64,000 nt of DNA from Clostridia bacterium (GTDB lineage: Bacteria > Bacillota > Clostridia > UMGS1883 > UMGS1540): contig JAZSIR010000021.1 in NCBI GenBank assembly GCA_045533905.1, positions 32,001 through 96,000 on the forward strand. Reading direction: 5' to 3'. A model generated the notes under the pieces. That model had not been told where the DNA came from, searched no databases, and saw only the letters and a program-made list of their open reading frames with translations. A program made the translations under genes and the position numbers. Position 1 is the stretch's first letter, and every line of letters starts with the position of its first letter. Positions 20,325 through 30,409 of the stretch are shown piece after piece.

Positions 20325-20372
20325 ATGTCTTTGAAAAGTGTATCCATACGCATCGAAAAAGAAATGCTCGAA
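20325..20372 (+). pseudogene. Truncated ribbon-helix-helix (Arc-like) regulator remnant
   Basis: GGAGTG RBS, then MSLKSVSIRIEKEMLE (RHH beta-strand plus start of helix), running into a hairpin and the opposite-strand gene end. Confidence 0.45.
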
Positions 20373-20385
20373 AGGCGAGCACTTT

Positions 20386-20426
20386 TTATTCTGTTTTCTC
20401 CGCTTCCGAGAATATATTCTCAATAA
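20386..20426 (-). repeat. Truncated spoIVB 3' tail remnant (copy 5)
   Basis: 20396-20426 matches 33667-33697 at 27/31 nt; followed by hairpin 20365-20381. Confidence 0.7.
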
Positions 20427-21705
20427 TTCCCAAATCCCAACAAAGTCTTGATAAAACATATTTATCTCTTATATCCTTTGTGGCTTTAAAGGTTATTGGC
20501 AAAAGTTCTTCATCGAGTCCTATTTCCGCCATTGTTTTCGGAAGACTGGCCTTGTCAAAAAGATTTTCGAGTTCCGAAAACGCAGGCAGCTCCTCCTCGA
20601 TAATTTGCAAAATTGCATCCCACTTGGAAAGCAGTGTCCCAAGTCTTTTTCTGTGACTTTCCAAATTATATTTCTGTTCTTTCTCTTCGAGCGCAATCAT
20701 CGCTTCTGCACCTTTGCCGAGAAATTTTCTCAATGTTTCACTCCACGCCGCAAAATCAAACGCTTCCGCATACGCCAAAGCTTTTTGCCTTTCAGGCGTA
20801 CAGTTTTTTATTTTCTCATAAAGTTTAACGGCTATCAAAGTACCAACCGCACATTGAATGCCGTGAAATTCTACCGCCTCTCCGAATTCTACGCCACGCA
20901 TATCCCAAATATGAGAAAAATAATGCTCAACGCCGGAAGCAGGACGGGACATTCCCGCAAATTTCATAGCAGCTCCGCATATAACCAATCCCTCAAATAC
21001 TGCCTTGACCGCATTTTCATCCCGCTGCAAAAGCCCCTCGGCATTATCAACACACTTCTTTAAAGAACTTCTTACAAGCTCTGCTACCTTCTCGCAATAA
21101 TATTCGCCGTTTATAAGATGCGAGATGCGCCATTCACAAATGGAAACATACTTTGCAAGCATATCACCAAGTCCCGAAAGCATCATTTTTATGGGGGCAT
21201 TACACAAAATGTCCGTATCGCCAAAAATCACATCGGCACATTTACTGTCGAGAGAGGTTTTGAGGCCATCCATTGTCATAGAGGATGTTGCAGAGGCATA
21301 CCCGTCCATAGAGGGCGCTGTTGCCACTATGATATAGAGCCTTCCGGTAACGTTTGCAACAATTTTGCCAATATCGTTGATTACACCCGAGCCGACTGCC
21401 AAAATTAAATCACAATCTTTTTTGTAGTGCATAATGGCACTGCCGGTACTTGTTTCGTCCGGATGTAAAATTTCATCCCTGTAAATGTGGGAAAGTATCT
21501 TCGTTCCGGAAGAGGCAAGAATTTTACAAACCGCATCGCCTGCCGCGGTGAATGTGTTTTCATCCGCAATCAAAAACACTTTTTCCGCATGCAGTTTTTG
21601 TAACACCTGCGGCAATTGATGGATTACCCCTTTGCCGACTATCACTTCCGATTCGAATGTGTGTGCTTTTCCGCATGTACACTGTTTTGTATGTATCAAA
21701 TTCAT
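20386..21705 (-). CDS. sn-glycerol-1-phosphate dehydrogenase (AraM/EgsA family), C-terminus apparently derived from a spoIVB tail
   Basis: VGSGVINDIGK, TAPSMDGYAS, GDMLAKY, RPASGVEH and HGIQC motifs; ends IENIFSEAEKTE. Confidence 0.85.
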   Translation of the reverse strand: MNLIHTKQCTCGKAHTFESEVIVGKGVIHQLPQVLQKLHAEKVFLIADENTFTAAGDAVCKILASSGTKILSHIYRDEILHPDETSTGSAIMHYKKDCDLILAVGSGVINDIGKIVANVTGRLYIIVATAPSMDGYASATSSMTMDGLKTSLDSKCADVIFGDTDILCNAPIKMMLSGLGDMLAKYVSICEWRISHLINGEYYCEKVAELVRSSLKKCVDNAEGLLQRDENAVKAVFEGLVICGAAMKFAGMSRPASGVEHYFSHIWDMRGVEFGEAVEFHGIQCAVGTLIAVKLYEKIKNCTPERQKALAYAEAFDFAAWSETLRKFLGKGAEAMIALEEKEQKYNLESHRKRLGTLLSKWDAILQIIEEELPAFSELENLFDKASLPKTMAEIGLDEELLPITFKATKDIRDKYVLSRLCWDLGIIENIFSEAEKTE

Positions 21706-21816
21706 ATCATCACCAATTTAATTTTACCAAATATAGAGAGAATAATCAATACTTGAATATTATCTTGACAAAACAATCATCAATTGATTATAATAGTGAT
21801 TAAATAATAGAAACGG

Positions 21817-22524
21817 GTGATTATTTTGTCGATACATACTAGAGAAGAACTGTATATCAAACTCTTGGCGGAAAGAGAGCATACAGTTCGGGACCTGGCA
21901 AATAAACTTTTTGTGAGCGAACCTACGGTGCGGCGTGATATACTTGTTTTGGAAAAGAAGGATATTATCACACGCAAAAGAGGTAGGGTAAATCTCAAAA
22001 TAAATTCTGCTGATAAACGCATTCCGTTATTTATTCGCGATATGGAAAACAACCCATCTAAAAGGCAAATAGCGCTTAAGGCTTTATCTTACATTAAAGA
22101 TGGCGATACGATTATACTGGATGCCTCCACCACGGCCTACTGCCTGTTGCCGCATCTTGTAAATTTCAAAGAACTTTTCGTAATAACGAACGGCGCAAAA
22201 ACAGCTATTGACCTAGCGGCAATGGGGATCAAAACCATATGCACGGGCGGGGAGCTTACCGAAGAATCCTTTTCGTATGTCGGAACGGATGCCGAGAGCG
22301 TTTTAAGTCGCTATAATGCGGATGTAGCTTTTTTCTCCTGCAGAGGGATAACAGAGGATGGTTTTGTTACAGATAACTCTATTTTAGAAAATTCTATGCG
22401 AAAAATTATGATAAGGAATGCAAGAAAGAGTTACCTTCTTTGTGATAAAAGTAAGCTTGGAAAAACCTATCTGAATACACTTTGCCACAAAAATGAACTG
22501 GATGGCGTTATAACGGATACGTAA
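21817..22524 (+). CDS. DeoR/GlpR family transcriptional regulator
   Basis: LFVSEPTVRRD HTH, LDASTT, ITNG and LCDKSK motifs. Confidence 0.92.
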   Translation: MIILSIHTREELYIKLLAEREHTVRDLANKLFVSEPTVRRDILVLEKKDIITRKRGRVNLKINSADKRIPLFIRDMENNPSKRQIALKALSYIKDGDTIILDASTTAYCLLPHLVNFKELFVITNGAKTAIDLAAMGIKTICTGGELTEESFSYVGTDAESVLSRYNADVAFFSCRGITEDGFVTDNSILENSMRKIMIRNARKSYLLCDKSKLGKTYLNTLCHKNELDGVITDT

Positions 22525-22529
22525 TATAT

Positions 22530-22561
22530 AGGGCGTGCCTCACTATATTGAGGCACGCCCT
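22530..22561. terminator. Terminator after spoIVB tail copy 4 and convergent deoR-like gene
   Basis: AGGGCGTGCCTCA...TGAGGCACGCCCT followed by a T-run. Confidence 0.8.
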
Positions 22562-22562
22562 T

Positions 22563-22697
22563 TTACTTATTTGTTTTTCCCACTTCCGAGAGCATATTTT
22601 CAATAAAAATCCCATACCCGCGCGTGGGGTCATTGACGAAAACGTGTGTTACAGCTCCAATGAGTTTGCCATTCTGAACGATTGGGGAGCCGCTCAT
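22563..22697 (-). repeat. spoIVB 3' tail, copy 4
   Basis: Translates [44 protein letters not shown]. Confidence 0.95.
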
Positions 22698-22700
22698 GAC

Positions 22701-22721
22701 TGTTGTCAATGGGGGACAACA
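22701..22721. repeat. Cassette-end palindrome
   Basis: TGTTGTC-AATGGGG-GACAACA, 3 nt from the tail start. Confidence 0.92.
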
Positions 22722-22767
22722 AATTTTGAGGAATTTTCAAATCCAAGTTATGTTATATGTACTTTTA

Positions 22768-23976
22768 TCAATCAACTACACAACCATTGGCATCCACCCA
22801 TTTTTTACTGTCTACGTCAACACAAATCAACAACTTATTTAAATCAGTATCGAAAATCTGCTGTCCAAAAGACGGATAATAGCTGAGTCTTTCTGCAGTG
22901 CTGCAAACAGTTTTGTGGGTCATATTGATTGTGCGAAAGCCTTTACCTGAGCCATTTTCAAAAAGTTTAAAATTGGTTTCGTTTGTATGATTCCAGTCAG
23001 GCTGAAGTGTATATTCAATTCTTCCGCAAAAAGCTCCCGGGTGAATTTCACGCATAACATCCCCGAGTTTTCCTCCGGGGGTTTGGGTAGCCAAACGTTC
23101 GATGTTAAAGCTTATCATAGAAACTTCCTGACCGCCGATTAGAATATTACCATCACGGCCATGGTCACCACATTGATTAAACAATGGTAAGTTCACATTT
23201 CTTTCGTCGCAACAGTTAATCATGGTGATAGGATGATTGTATCCACAATTAAAATCGTAGTTACCAAAAGTATAGCCATAAACATTATGTGCTGCCGCAC
23301 AATTTAACATAACAACATGTTCTCCGCCCACCTGAATTCCTTCATAGAAACCACCTGATGTAACATTGTCATAGCGAACAATAAAGTTATTGCTACCATC
23401 GGTCATTGTAAGTCCGATGCAGCCTTCTTTTGCCATATCTGTTACACCCAAATATGTATTATCACGCTTTCCGCGAAGTCTGACATTTTTCATCTGAACG
23501 CGGTCGCAACGACGCAAATCTATGCAGCGAACAGCTTTCTGATTATGCGCCAATGTCATAGTAATATTTTCGAGATTCAGAACCGCTCCGCTATATAAAC
23601 CTCTGTTTTTCCATTCGGTACGAAAAACAGAATATTCACCTTCTTCTATTTTAGAAAGTGCTTCCTCAGAAACATCAATCTGTACGCCCTCACGATTTTG
23701 TTCGAAGCTGAACGATTGTCCGATAATTGCAATTTCCTTATATAAAGCAGGTATCCTAATAGCTGCCATGGGTCCGCCATCTTCAAAATCATAAAAATCA
23801 TCTACACAGTAAACACCGTTCAAAAGATAAACATTCTTTCCTTCTTCTGCGGCAGTCTTAATAGCTTTGTTTATCACAAGTTCATCATTTTTCCCTGAAC
23901 AAACAAAATCAATGCCATCCTTTTCATTAAATTTTGAATTCGATGCAGCAACAGTTATAAAAGGTGAAAAACTCAT
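22768..23976 (-). CDS. Hypothetical protein, probable pectin-lyase-like beta-helix
   Basis: DELVINKAI..VYLLNGVY N-terminal pattern and Asn/Gly-rich repeats; fold is an inference. Confidence 0.55.
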   Translation of the reverse strand: MSFSPFITVAASNSKFNEKDGIDFVCSGKNDELVINKAIKTAAEEGKNVYLLNGVYCVDDFYDFEDGGPMAAIRIPALYKEIAIIGQSFSFEQNREGVQIDVSEEALSKIEEGEYSVFRTEWKNRGLYSGAVLNLENITMTLAHNQKAVRCIDLRRCDRVQMKNVRLRGKRDNTYLGVTDMAKEGCIGLTMTDGSNNFIVRYDNVTSGGFYEGIQVGGEHVVMLNCAAAHNVYGYTFGNYDFNCGYNHPITMINCCDERNVNLPLFNQCGDHGRDGNILIGGQEVSMISFNIERLATQTPGGKLGDVMREIHPGAFCGRIEYTLQPDWNHTNETNFKLFENGSGKGFRTINMTHKTVCSTAERLSYYPSFGQQIFDTDLNKLLICVDVDSKKWVDANGCVVD

Positions 23977-24015
23977 AAAATCTACTCCTTTTTAATTTTT
24001 ATTCGGGTTAATACC

Positions 24016-24864
24016 TTAAATATTTAAAAATACTATGGATGCAAGTCCTGTTAAGAAACCTGCAAACTGTATTTTTGTCAGTTTTTCTTTATAAAATACT
24101 TTTGAAACAACATATGTAACAATAATTCCCCCTGCCGAAATCAGCGGAAACATAACGGATACAGCCATTGTTCCCGATAACACCATAACAAGCAAATTAA
24201 CAATACCATTCATAGCACCGGAAGCAACAGTAATAAACCGAGCATGATAAAAATTGCTTTTGAAATTATCTTTATTTGTTACCAAAGTGGCTACTGCAAA
24301 AATCAAAAACACAATTGCGAGAGAAATTATCATAAATTCATTTTTGTATTCACCGTCGAATTTAATTTGTTGCATTTTCTGAACGGTTGTACAAAGACCA
24401 TTGCCGGCAAACGAAAGAAAAACAAATAAAAGCCATTTTGGTGTAATAGGACACTTGTCATTATTCTTGTTCACAAGGAAAAGCGAAATCGCAAGCAATC
24501 CAAGACCAATTATAAAATATATGCTTATTGGTTCCCTGAGAAAAGCAATTCCGTAAAAGGTTGGAATCATAAGTGAATATGAAATCATAAGTGACGAAAG
24601 TGACAAAGAACCATTTGCAATAGCAAGCATACCAGATAGTGAAGCGGTTGAAAATGATAAGGCAAAGGCTATCGAATATGGAACAATCCCGGGATTCCAG
24701 CTAATATTCTTTGAAGTAACAAGAAAGAACATCATTGAAAAAAGCGCTGTAAGGGATAAAAAAAGATATGTACCATTTGTACCTGTCTTTTCTGTATAGA
24801 ATTTTTTAGCAATGCTCTGACCGGAAACGCCGGCTATTATAATTATCAAATATATAATGTTCAT
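24016..24864 (-). CDS. EamA/DMT family transporter
   Basis: About 10 hydrophobic segments in two repeats (FLREPI, FYKEKL). Confidence 0.8.
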   Translation of the reverse strand: MNIIYLIIIIAGVSGQSIAKKFYTEKTGTNGTYLFLSLTALFSMMFFLVTSKNISWNPGIVPYSIAFALSFSTASLSGMLAIANGSLSLSSLMISYSLMIPTFYGIAFLREPISIYFIIGLGLLAISLFLVNKNNDKCPITPKWLLFVFLSFAGNGLCTTVQKMQQIKFDGEYKNEFMIISLAIVFLIFAVATLVTNKDNFKSNFYHARFITVASGAMNGIVNLLVMVLSGTMAVSVMFPLISAGGIIVTYVVSKVFYKEKLTKIQFAGFLTGLASIVFLNI

Positions 24865-25021
24865 ACGTTATGGCTCTATTTTCATCTGATACTACAAACA
24901 ATCCCCATCAACTATATAAATTGTACCACTACATATTAATTTTTGTAAATAAATTATATTCTTTAAATATTGCAATATCTTCCCAACTATTATATAATAT
25001 TGTTTAGAGGAGGCGTTAAAA

Positions 25022-25828
25022 ATGATTATAAAATACAATACAGAAAAGTTGCGACGTATTATAACCGATATAACCACCTTGACTGGAATAAGCGTAGCCG
25101 TATTAGATACAGACTATAGCACCATAATAAGAGGACCACAGAGTAAAGAGTATTGCTCATTGCTGCAAACAATAGAAATTAAAAAAAAGCATTGCAAACA
25201 GTGTGATACAAGAATCTTAAACCGATGCCGTTCCTCTAAAAATTTGGAAAGTCACATATGCAGTGCGGGTCTTTATGATTCTGCAATGCCCATTATAAAA
25301 GACGATAACATCGTCGGATATGTCATAATGGGGCAGGTACGTTCTATGGACTCTCCTGCTCTGCCTAAATATTTACCTGATACAGATCCTCAAACACTTA
25401 AAAAGTTAAATAAAATCTATGAACAAACTCCATTTATTTCAAAAAATCAATTGGAAGCACTGTATGATCTTCTGCCTCATATTCTATTTGATAGTGCGAT
25501 TGAGTTTGTGTACGATCCTGTTGCAATTGATATACTTAAGTTTATTGATGCAAATTTGCAAGCGGATTTAAGTATAAAACAGCTATGTGAAAGATTTTAT
25601 ATATCAAAAAACCGATTATATGAAGTTTTTCGGAACAATCTAGGATGCACCGTTACAGGATATATTAACGAACAACGCATCAAGCAAGCAAAAGAATTAC
25701 TTAAACAATCAGACGATTCTATCTGTAATATTGCCGAAAAGGTAGGTATTTACAATTATACATATTTCTGTAAACTATTTAAAAAGCTCAGTGGAGTCAC
25801 ACCCACTGAATACAGAAAAAAGCCATAA
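25022..25828 (+). CDS. PocR-sensor AraC family regulator
   Basis: N-terminal YC..CKQCD..HICSAGL..GQV PocR pattern; C-terminal YFCKLFKKLSGVTPTEYR. Confidence 0.88.
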   Translation: MIIKYNTEKLRRIITDITTLTGISVAVLDTDYSTIIRGPQSKEYCSLLQTIEIKKKHCKQCDTRILNRCRSSKNLESHICSAGLYDSAMPIIKDDNIVGYVIMGQVRSMDSPALPKYLPDTDPQTLKKLNKIYEQTPFISKNQLEALYDLLPHILFDSAIEFVYDPVAIDILKFIDANLQADLSIKQLCERFYISKNRLYEVFRNNLGCTVTGYINEQRIKQAKELLKQSDDSICNIAEKVGIYNYTYFCKLFKKLSGVTPTEYRKKP

Positions 25829-25842
25829 AAGGTTTACGTAAA

Positions 25843-25873
25843 AATGCTCACTTATGAAATATAAGTGAGCATT
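25843..25873. terminator. Terminator after spoIVB tail copy 3
   Basis: AATGCTCACTTAT-gaaat-ATAAGTGAGCATT. Confidence 0.75.
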
Positions 25874-25877
25874 AATG

Positions 25878-26009
25878 TTATTTAATTTTCTCCGCTTCAG
25901 CCAGCATATTCTCTATAAATATCCCATATCCACGTGTCGGGTCATTTACAAAAACGTGTGTCACAGCTCCAATGAGTTTGCCATTCTGAACGATTGGGGA
26001 GCCGCTCAA
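25878..26009 (-). repeat. spoIVB 3' tail, copy 3
   Basis: Translates (TTG)[42 protein letters not shown]. Confidence 0.95.
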
Positions 26010-26012
26010 GAC

Positions 26013-26033
26013 TGTTGTCAATAGGGGACAACA
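26013..26033. repeat. Cassette-end palindrome
   Basis: TGTTGTC-AATAGGG-GACAACA. Confidence 0.92.
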
Positions 26034-26035
26034 AA

Positions 26036-28231
26036 TCAGATAAGTTTTTCTAACTCTGCCAGAATTCTATCGGCAATATTCTTCATCCCAATATCTCCGG
26101 GATGGTTTGCAACACCCTCGTGGCTAAATAATCCTATTGCTTTCATTTCATTAAGTTCACCCAGGTCTCCAAGTTCAATACAGGTCAAATTATTTTCTTT
26201 TGCATATTCTAAAATGATTTTATCACCGGGATGTTTCCAAAATCCTGTTGTTAATATAACTTTGGCCTTTAATGATTTGTTTAAATAGTCAAGCAGTTCT
26301 CCCAGTTCACGTTTGAATATTTCACAGTCAAATTCATTTTGCGGACAATTTTCAATAAAACGCATCACGATAATATCAGCATCAAAGCTGCGGGCTTCTT
26401 CAAAGAGATAATGTTTGGTTGAGCCATTTTTATATTCCATTTCCCATTCCGCAACCTGACAGATGCAAAACGCCGCATCGGCTGATTTTTCCGAAACCGC
26501 AGACATCACACGATGAACATAGTCGTTTTCGGGACAGGAAGCCGCCATTCCGCATTCGTTGTACCAGCCTATCTGCGGGCGGAAGCCGTGGAGTGTCATC
26601 GAATTTCCCACAAACATCACTCGTTTACCTTTGCCATTCAAATTAAAAAATCGAATATGCCCACTATTATTGAGTTGATGACCGGCACAAACCGTATTTT
26701 TCTGAAGTTGTTGGTATTCAGATGTTTTATAACAGATATTCTGCGTAAACTCTCCTGTAACGAATTGGTTCTCGTCAAAGTTTTTAAGAAGTTCTTGGTT
26801 CCAATACAAATTCTCAATCAATATATCTTTGGTTTGGTGGGTATCATCATAACCTTTGAAATATAGCGTTGGCTTTTGGCGACCAAAGAGGTGAATGTTA
26901 CTGAACAACATATTTCGATTGATGCCTCTGCGTGTGCCACCAGCAGAATACTCATGATGGAAACTGCTGACAATATGTATAAGATCAGGTGCATAATCTA
27001 AATTGGTGTTTTGATATGTTTCTGAATCTTTATTTTGAATAACACCTATTGGAATCACATCATCGTACTCTATATTTATATTTTTATACACCACATCATG
27101 CACATCGGCATAATCCACGTTGGAGCAGTCAAGTACATGACCGGTAACGTGTATGATGTTGCAGTTCTTAAAAACAATATTGCTTATTTCTTCCGCCCTT
27201 GTTTCTGCCCCGATTTCAAGACTTTTTCCCCAGTCGTTCCATATGGTGCAATTTTTTATAACTGTGTTCTTAAAAACATCGTAAGCTTTTCCTTTACGAT
27301 ACATTGCCTCTTTTACCGCTTTTTCAACATCATCTTCATGATAGCAATCAAAGCCTTTTACACAGATTGAATCATCAAAGGTTCGTAAAAAGCAATTATC
27401 TATAACAACATCTTCGCAATTGTGCATATCAATACCGTCTGAATTGTAACGCCAGCAACCAATAATTTTAACATTTGAAATATGCATATTTTTGCAACCG
27501 ATTGGTCTTATATTATAAACCAATGAATCGCGGATGGTGATGCCTTCAATTTTAATATTGTTACAATATTCAAGTTGAACTGTGTGCTCTCGTTTTGCAT
27601 TATTGACTGCCGAAATATTATTTTCTGCATTATACTCAAAAAGTATTTTCTCAGTGTTTTTACTGTTGTCAAGAATACCTCTGCCCAAAATTTTTATGTT
27701 TTCGGAATCTATTGATTTTACACAGGCATAAACCACCGCACCTTCGTCAATAAACAATGTCTGATTGCTTTTTAATACAATTTCTCCGGCATAGTGTTCA
27801 CCTTTGCCGAAATATATAACATTAGTATTGTTATAATCAATGTCATAGCAAGGTGTGGGATCAGAAAAAATATGAAGTGCATTATTTCTGCCATACGGCT
27901 CAACGGTAAAATAAGCAGGCTTTTCAAGAGTAAATGTGATTTTTCCGTCTTTGATTTCCGGTGTTATACCCAATGACAACGGGCGTATAATAACTTCCTC
28001 AAAGGGATTTTGAGGAATTATTTCAAAAGACACCGATTCATCTGAAGAAAGTGAAAGGAAATTAACAAGTTCGGTTTGAGCTTTACTACGCTGATGCCCC
28101 GGCCAGCGACGGTTAAAAGGGAATGCAGACACACGGGCAGTATCAAGTGTTACCGGTTGTCCGTTCACTTTAACCTTATAATTTTCTATGTGGTCTTTGG
28201 TTTGTGTTACAGGATAAATATTTATCGACAT
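26036..28231 (-). CDS. GH28-like beta-helix glycosidase fused to a C-terminal SGNH hydrolase domain
   Basis: NSDGID and FDDSICVKG (GH28-like); GNSMTLHG and NHPGDIGM (SGNH blocks I and V). Confidence 0.75.
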   Translation of the reverse strand: MSINIYPVTQTKDHIENYKVKVNGQPVTLDTARVSAFPFNRRWPGHQRSKAQTELVNFLSLSSDESVSFEIIPQNPFEEVIIRPLSLGITPEIKDGKITFTLEKPAYFTVEPYGRNNALHIFSDPTPCYDIDYNNTNVIYFGKGEHYAGEIVLKSNQTLFIDEGAVVYACVKSIDSENIKILGRGILDNSKNTEKILFEYNAENNISAVNNAKREHTVQLEYCNNIKIEGITIRDSLVYNIRPIGCKNMHISNVKIIGCWRYNSDGIDMHNCEDVVIDNCFLRTFDDSICVKGFDCYHEDDVEKAVKEAMYRKGKAYDVFKNTVIKNCTIWNDWGKSLEIGAETRAEEISNIVFKNCNIIHVTGHVLDCSNVDYADVHDVVYKNINIEYDDVIPIGVIQNKDSETYQNTNLDYAPDLIHIVSSFHHEYSAGGTRRGINRNMLFSNIHLFGRQKPTLYFKGYDDTHQTKDILIENLYWNQELLKNFDENQFVTGEFTQNICYKTSEYQQLQKNTVCAGHQLNNSGHIRFFNLNGKGKRVMFVGNSMTLHGFRPQIGWYNECGMAASCPENDYVHRVMSAVSEKSADAAFCICQVAEWEMEYKNGSTKHYLFEEARSFDADIIVMRFIENCPQNEFDCEIFKRELGELLDYLNKSLKAKVILTTGFWKHPGDKIILEYAKENNLTCIELGDLGELNEMKAIGLFSHEGVANHPGDIGMKNIADRILAELEKLI

Positions 28232-28383
28232 ATCTTTGACTCCTTGTATTTTAGAATTACTATGACAATTATAATATTAAAGCAAGTAGAAAAATAGGTA
28301 ATTTTTTAATATTAAAGGTATATATTTATTGACATTTTTGAGGATGCAATATATAATAGTCGTTATAAAAACCCCAAAGGAGT

Positions 28384-29286
28384 TTGATATGTGTGTATGT
28401 TTATAAAATCAAAATAAATTGTTTGCCAAAACTAATATGGGCTTGCGAAGTTACTGTTGAAAACTATGAATGGAGAAATCGCAATAGCAAAGATGTGTTG
28501 GAAATTTCGTATTCAAAATTTGACACAAAATCTGTTACCCTTAATAACAATAACTTTCTACTGAAAAACAACACTCTATCCTGCATAGTGGCTGATGAAA
28601 ACCGTACAGCCTCCTGCAAATCGGGAAAGCCAATAACAATTGTATCAGTTGCTGTTAGTTTAAGTGATTTTAAATACCAACCATGCGAACTTGTTGAAGC
28701 TGACTTGAGTGATGAAACAGTTCTTATATTGCCTTTTTATTTGGAAGAGTTGCCAATTAATTATGAACTTGAAATAATAAAGAAACTTCATGAAATCATT
28801 AAACTATCTTCCGCTGATTCGGAAAACAGAAAGATTGCTTTAGCATCTGCATTCTTTAACCTGATATGTGAGATTGATAAAATAACACGAAATAATATCT
28901 GCAGCCAAAACAACAGCGTCAATTATTATGTAAAAAAAATTGATTACATTATCGAATCCAGATATAATGAGAAAATCACTCTCCAGTCAGTTGCATCAGA
29001 GTTGAATATATCACCGGTTTACCTGTCAACCATTTATAAAAGCATAACCGGTATAAATTTTTCGGAGCAACTTCTTATTGTGCGGATGAAACACGCAGAA
29101 AATTTATTGTTTGATCAAAATATTTCCACAACAAAGGTTGCAGAACTTTGCGGATTTTGCGATGAAAATTATTTCAGGAAAAGATTCAAACGTTTTTTTG
29201 GTATGAATGTAAGCGAGTGCAGAAAAATCAAAAACGGATTAACGCTCTACCACGAAAAACCTCAAAGAAAAAATGACAGCTGCTAA
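28384..29286 (+). CDS. AraC family regulator
   Basis: C-terminal double HTH (ISPVYLSTIYK; CGFCDENYFRKRFK); start uncertain. Confidence 0.88.
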   Translation: MICVYVYKIKINCLPKLIWACEVTVENYEWRNRNSKDVLEISYSKFDTKSVTLNNNNFLLKNNTLSCIVADENRTASCKSGKPITIVSVAVSLSDFKYQPCELVEADLSDETVLILPFYLEELPINYELEIIKKLHEIIKLSSADSENRKIALASAFFNLICEIDKITRNNICSQNNSVNYYVKKIDYIIESRYNEKITLQSVASELNISPVYLSTIYKSITGINFSEQLLIVRMKHAENLLFDQNISTTKVAELCGFCDENYFRKRFKRFFGMNVSECRKIKNGLTLYHEKPQRKNDSC

Positions 29287-29305
29287 ATTTAGCGGCTGTC
29301 ATTTT
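29270..29305. terminator. Terminator after spoIVB tail copy 2, overlapping the AraC stop
   Basis: AAAATGACAGCtGCTAAA/TTTAGCgGCTGTCATTTT. Confidence 0.7.
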
Positions 29306-29308
29306 AAA

Positions 29309-29461
29309 TTAAAAATTTTCTGAATTCTTTTCTTCAATGCTTCGTGCAGCCGCTAACATATTTTCAATAAATATCCCATAACCTCTTGTTGGATCATTTA
29401 CAAATACGTGTGTCACAGCTCCCACAATTCGGCCATTTTGCAGGATGGGTGAACCAGACAC
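29309..29461 (-). repeat. spoIVB 3' tail, copy 2
   Basis: Translates (GTG)[49 protein letters not shown]. Confidence 0.95.
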
Positions 29462-29464
29462 GAG

Positions 29465-29485
29465 TGTTGTCAATATGGGACAACA
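29465..29485. repeat. Cassette-end palindrome
   Basis: TGTTGTC-AATATGG-GACAACA. Confidence 0.92.
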
Positions 29486-29499
29486 ATTTTTTATATTTT

Positions 29500-30309
29500 T
29501 TATAATTTACGCATTTTTCCGGGTGTTATTTTATAAACATTTTTAAAAGTGTTCGACATATGAGACTGTGAATAGAATCCGCATAGGTGTGAGATTTCGG
29601 AAATTGAAATATCCGTTGTGAGTAACATTTCTCGTACTCTTATCAATCTTTGTTTTGTAATATATTTATGTAGCGTTATCCCTTCGTTTTTTACAAAAAC
29701 TTCATTAAGATAATATGGATGATAGTGCAATTTATCTGAGATTTCCTTTATATTTACAGATATGTTATTTTCAACGATTTCTTTAATTTTTTCACATAGA
29801 GGTACTTTGTGTTGATTGTTTTCTTTGTTTCTCGACAACTTTAACAAAATTATATTCAAATACAAATTTTCTATATCTTGTTTTTTTGTGCTTTTTTTAC
29901 TTTCATTGTAAATGCTTTCTATATCGTTCCCTATTTCTTTTGCATTATTTACATATATTACATCAGAAAAAATATCTGGAATTTCAGCATTATACCGAAA
30001 TATAGTGTCATAATTAAACTCACCCGCTTTTTCCGGTACCATTACTCCTATATGCGAAAACTCTTGCGTAAAATCAAAGTTAACTGTATAAAATATTATG
30101 GTTTCATTTGAATGAATATGATAGGGAAACCCTGAAGGATAATAAATTAGAGTATTTTTACAAAGAGGGTATGTTTTATTGTTACATTCAAAAACACCAT
30201 TACCACTCAAAATATAAATCATACGGCAATCCCTCGCAATTACCATGTTATCTATAAAATATTTTGTTTTTGCAATATATCTTACAAAAGGCTCATAATA
30301 CAAAGGCAT
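29500..30309 (-). CDS. AraC family regulator with cupin sensor
   Basis: IYILSGNG cupin; [25 protein letters not shown]. Confidence 0.88.
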   Translation of the reverse strand: MPLYYEPFVRYIAKTKYFIDNMVIARDCRMIYILSGNGVFECNNKTYPLCKNTLIYYPSGFPYHIHSNETIIFYTVNFDFTQEFSHIGVMVPEKAGEFNYDTIFRYNAEIPDIFSDVIYVNNAKEIGNDIESIYNESKKSTKKQDIENLYLNIILLKLSRNKENNQHKVPLCEKIKEIVENNISVNIKEISDKLHYHPYYLNEVFVKNEGITLHKYITKQRLIRVREMLLTTDISISEISHLCGFYSQSHMSNTFKNVYKITPGKMRKL

Positions 30310-30409
30310 ACAACCAACTCATTTCTTTGTTTTTTGATAAAATAACTTCGTTATATGCATTGATTATAACATAATTAAATATTATAATCAAGAAAAATAA
30401 TAAAAGAAG

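Noticed and set aside
22563-22697. Tail copies as expressed mini-proteins (all start with ATG, TTG or GTG)
   Set aside because: No ribosome-binding site upstream; intact frames are explained by recent service as the spoIVB end. Not fully excluded without ribosome profiling.
22548-22886. 112-aa + strand ORF across tail copy 4
   Set aside because: It is the antisense reading of the tail and palindrome.
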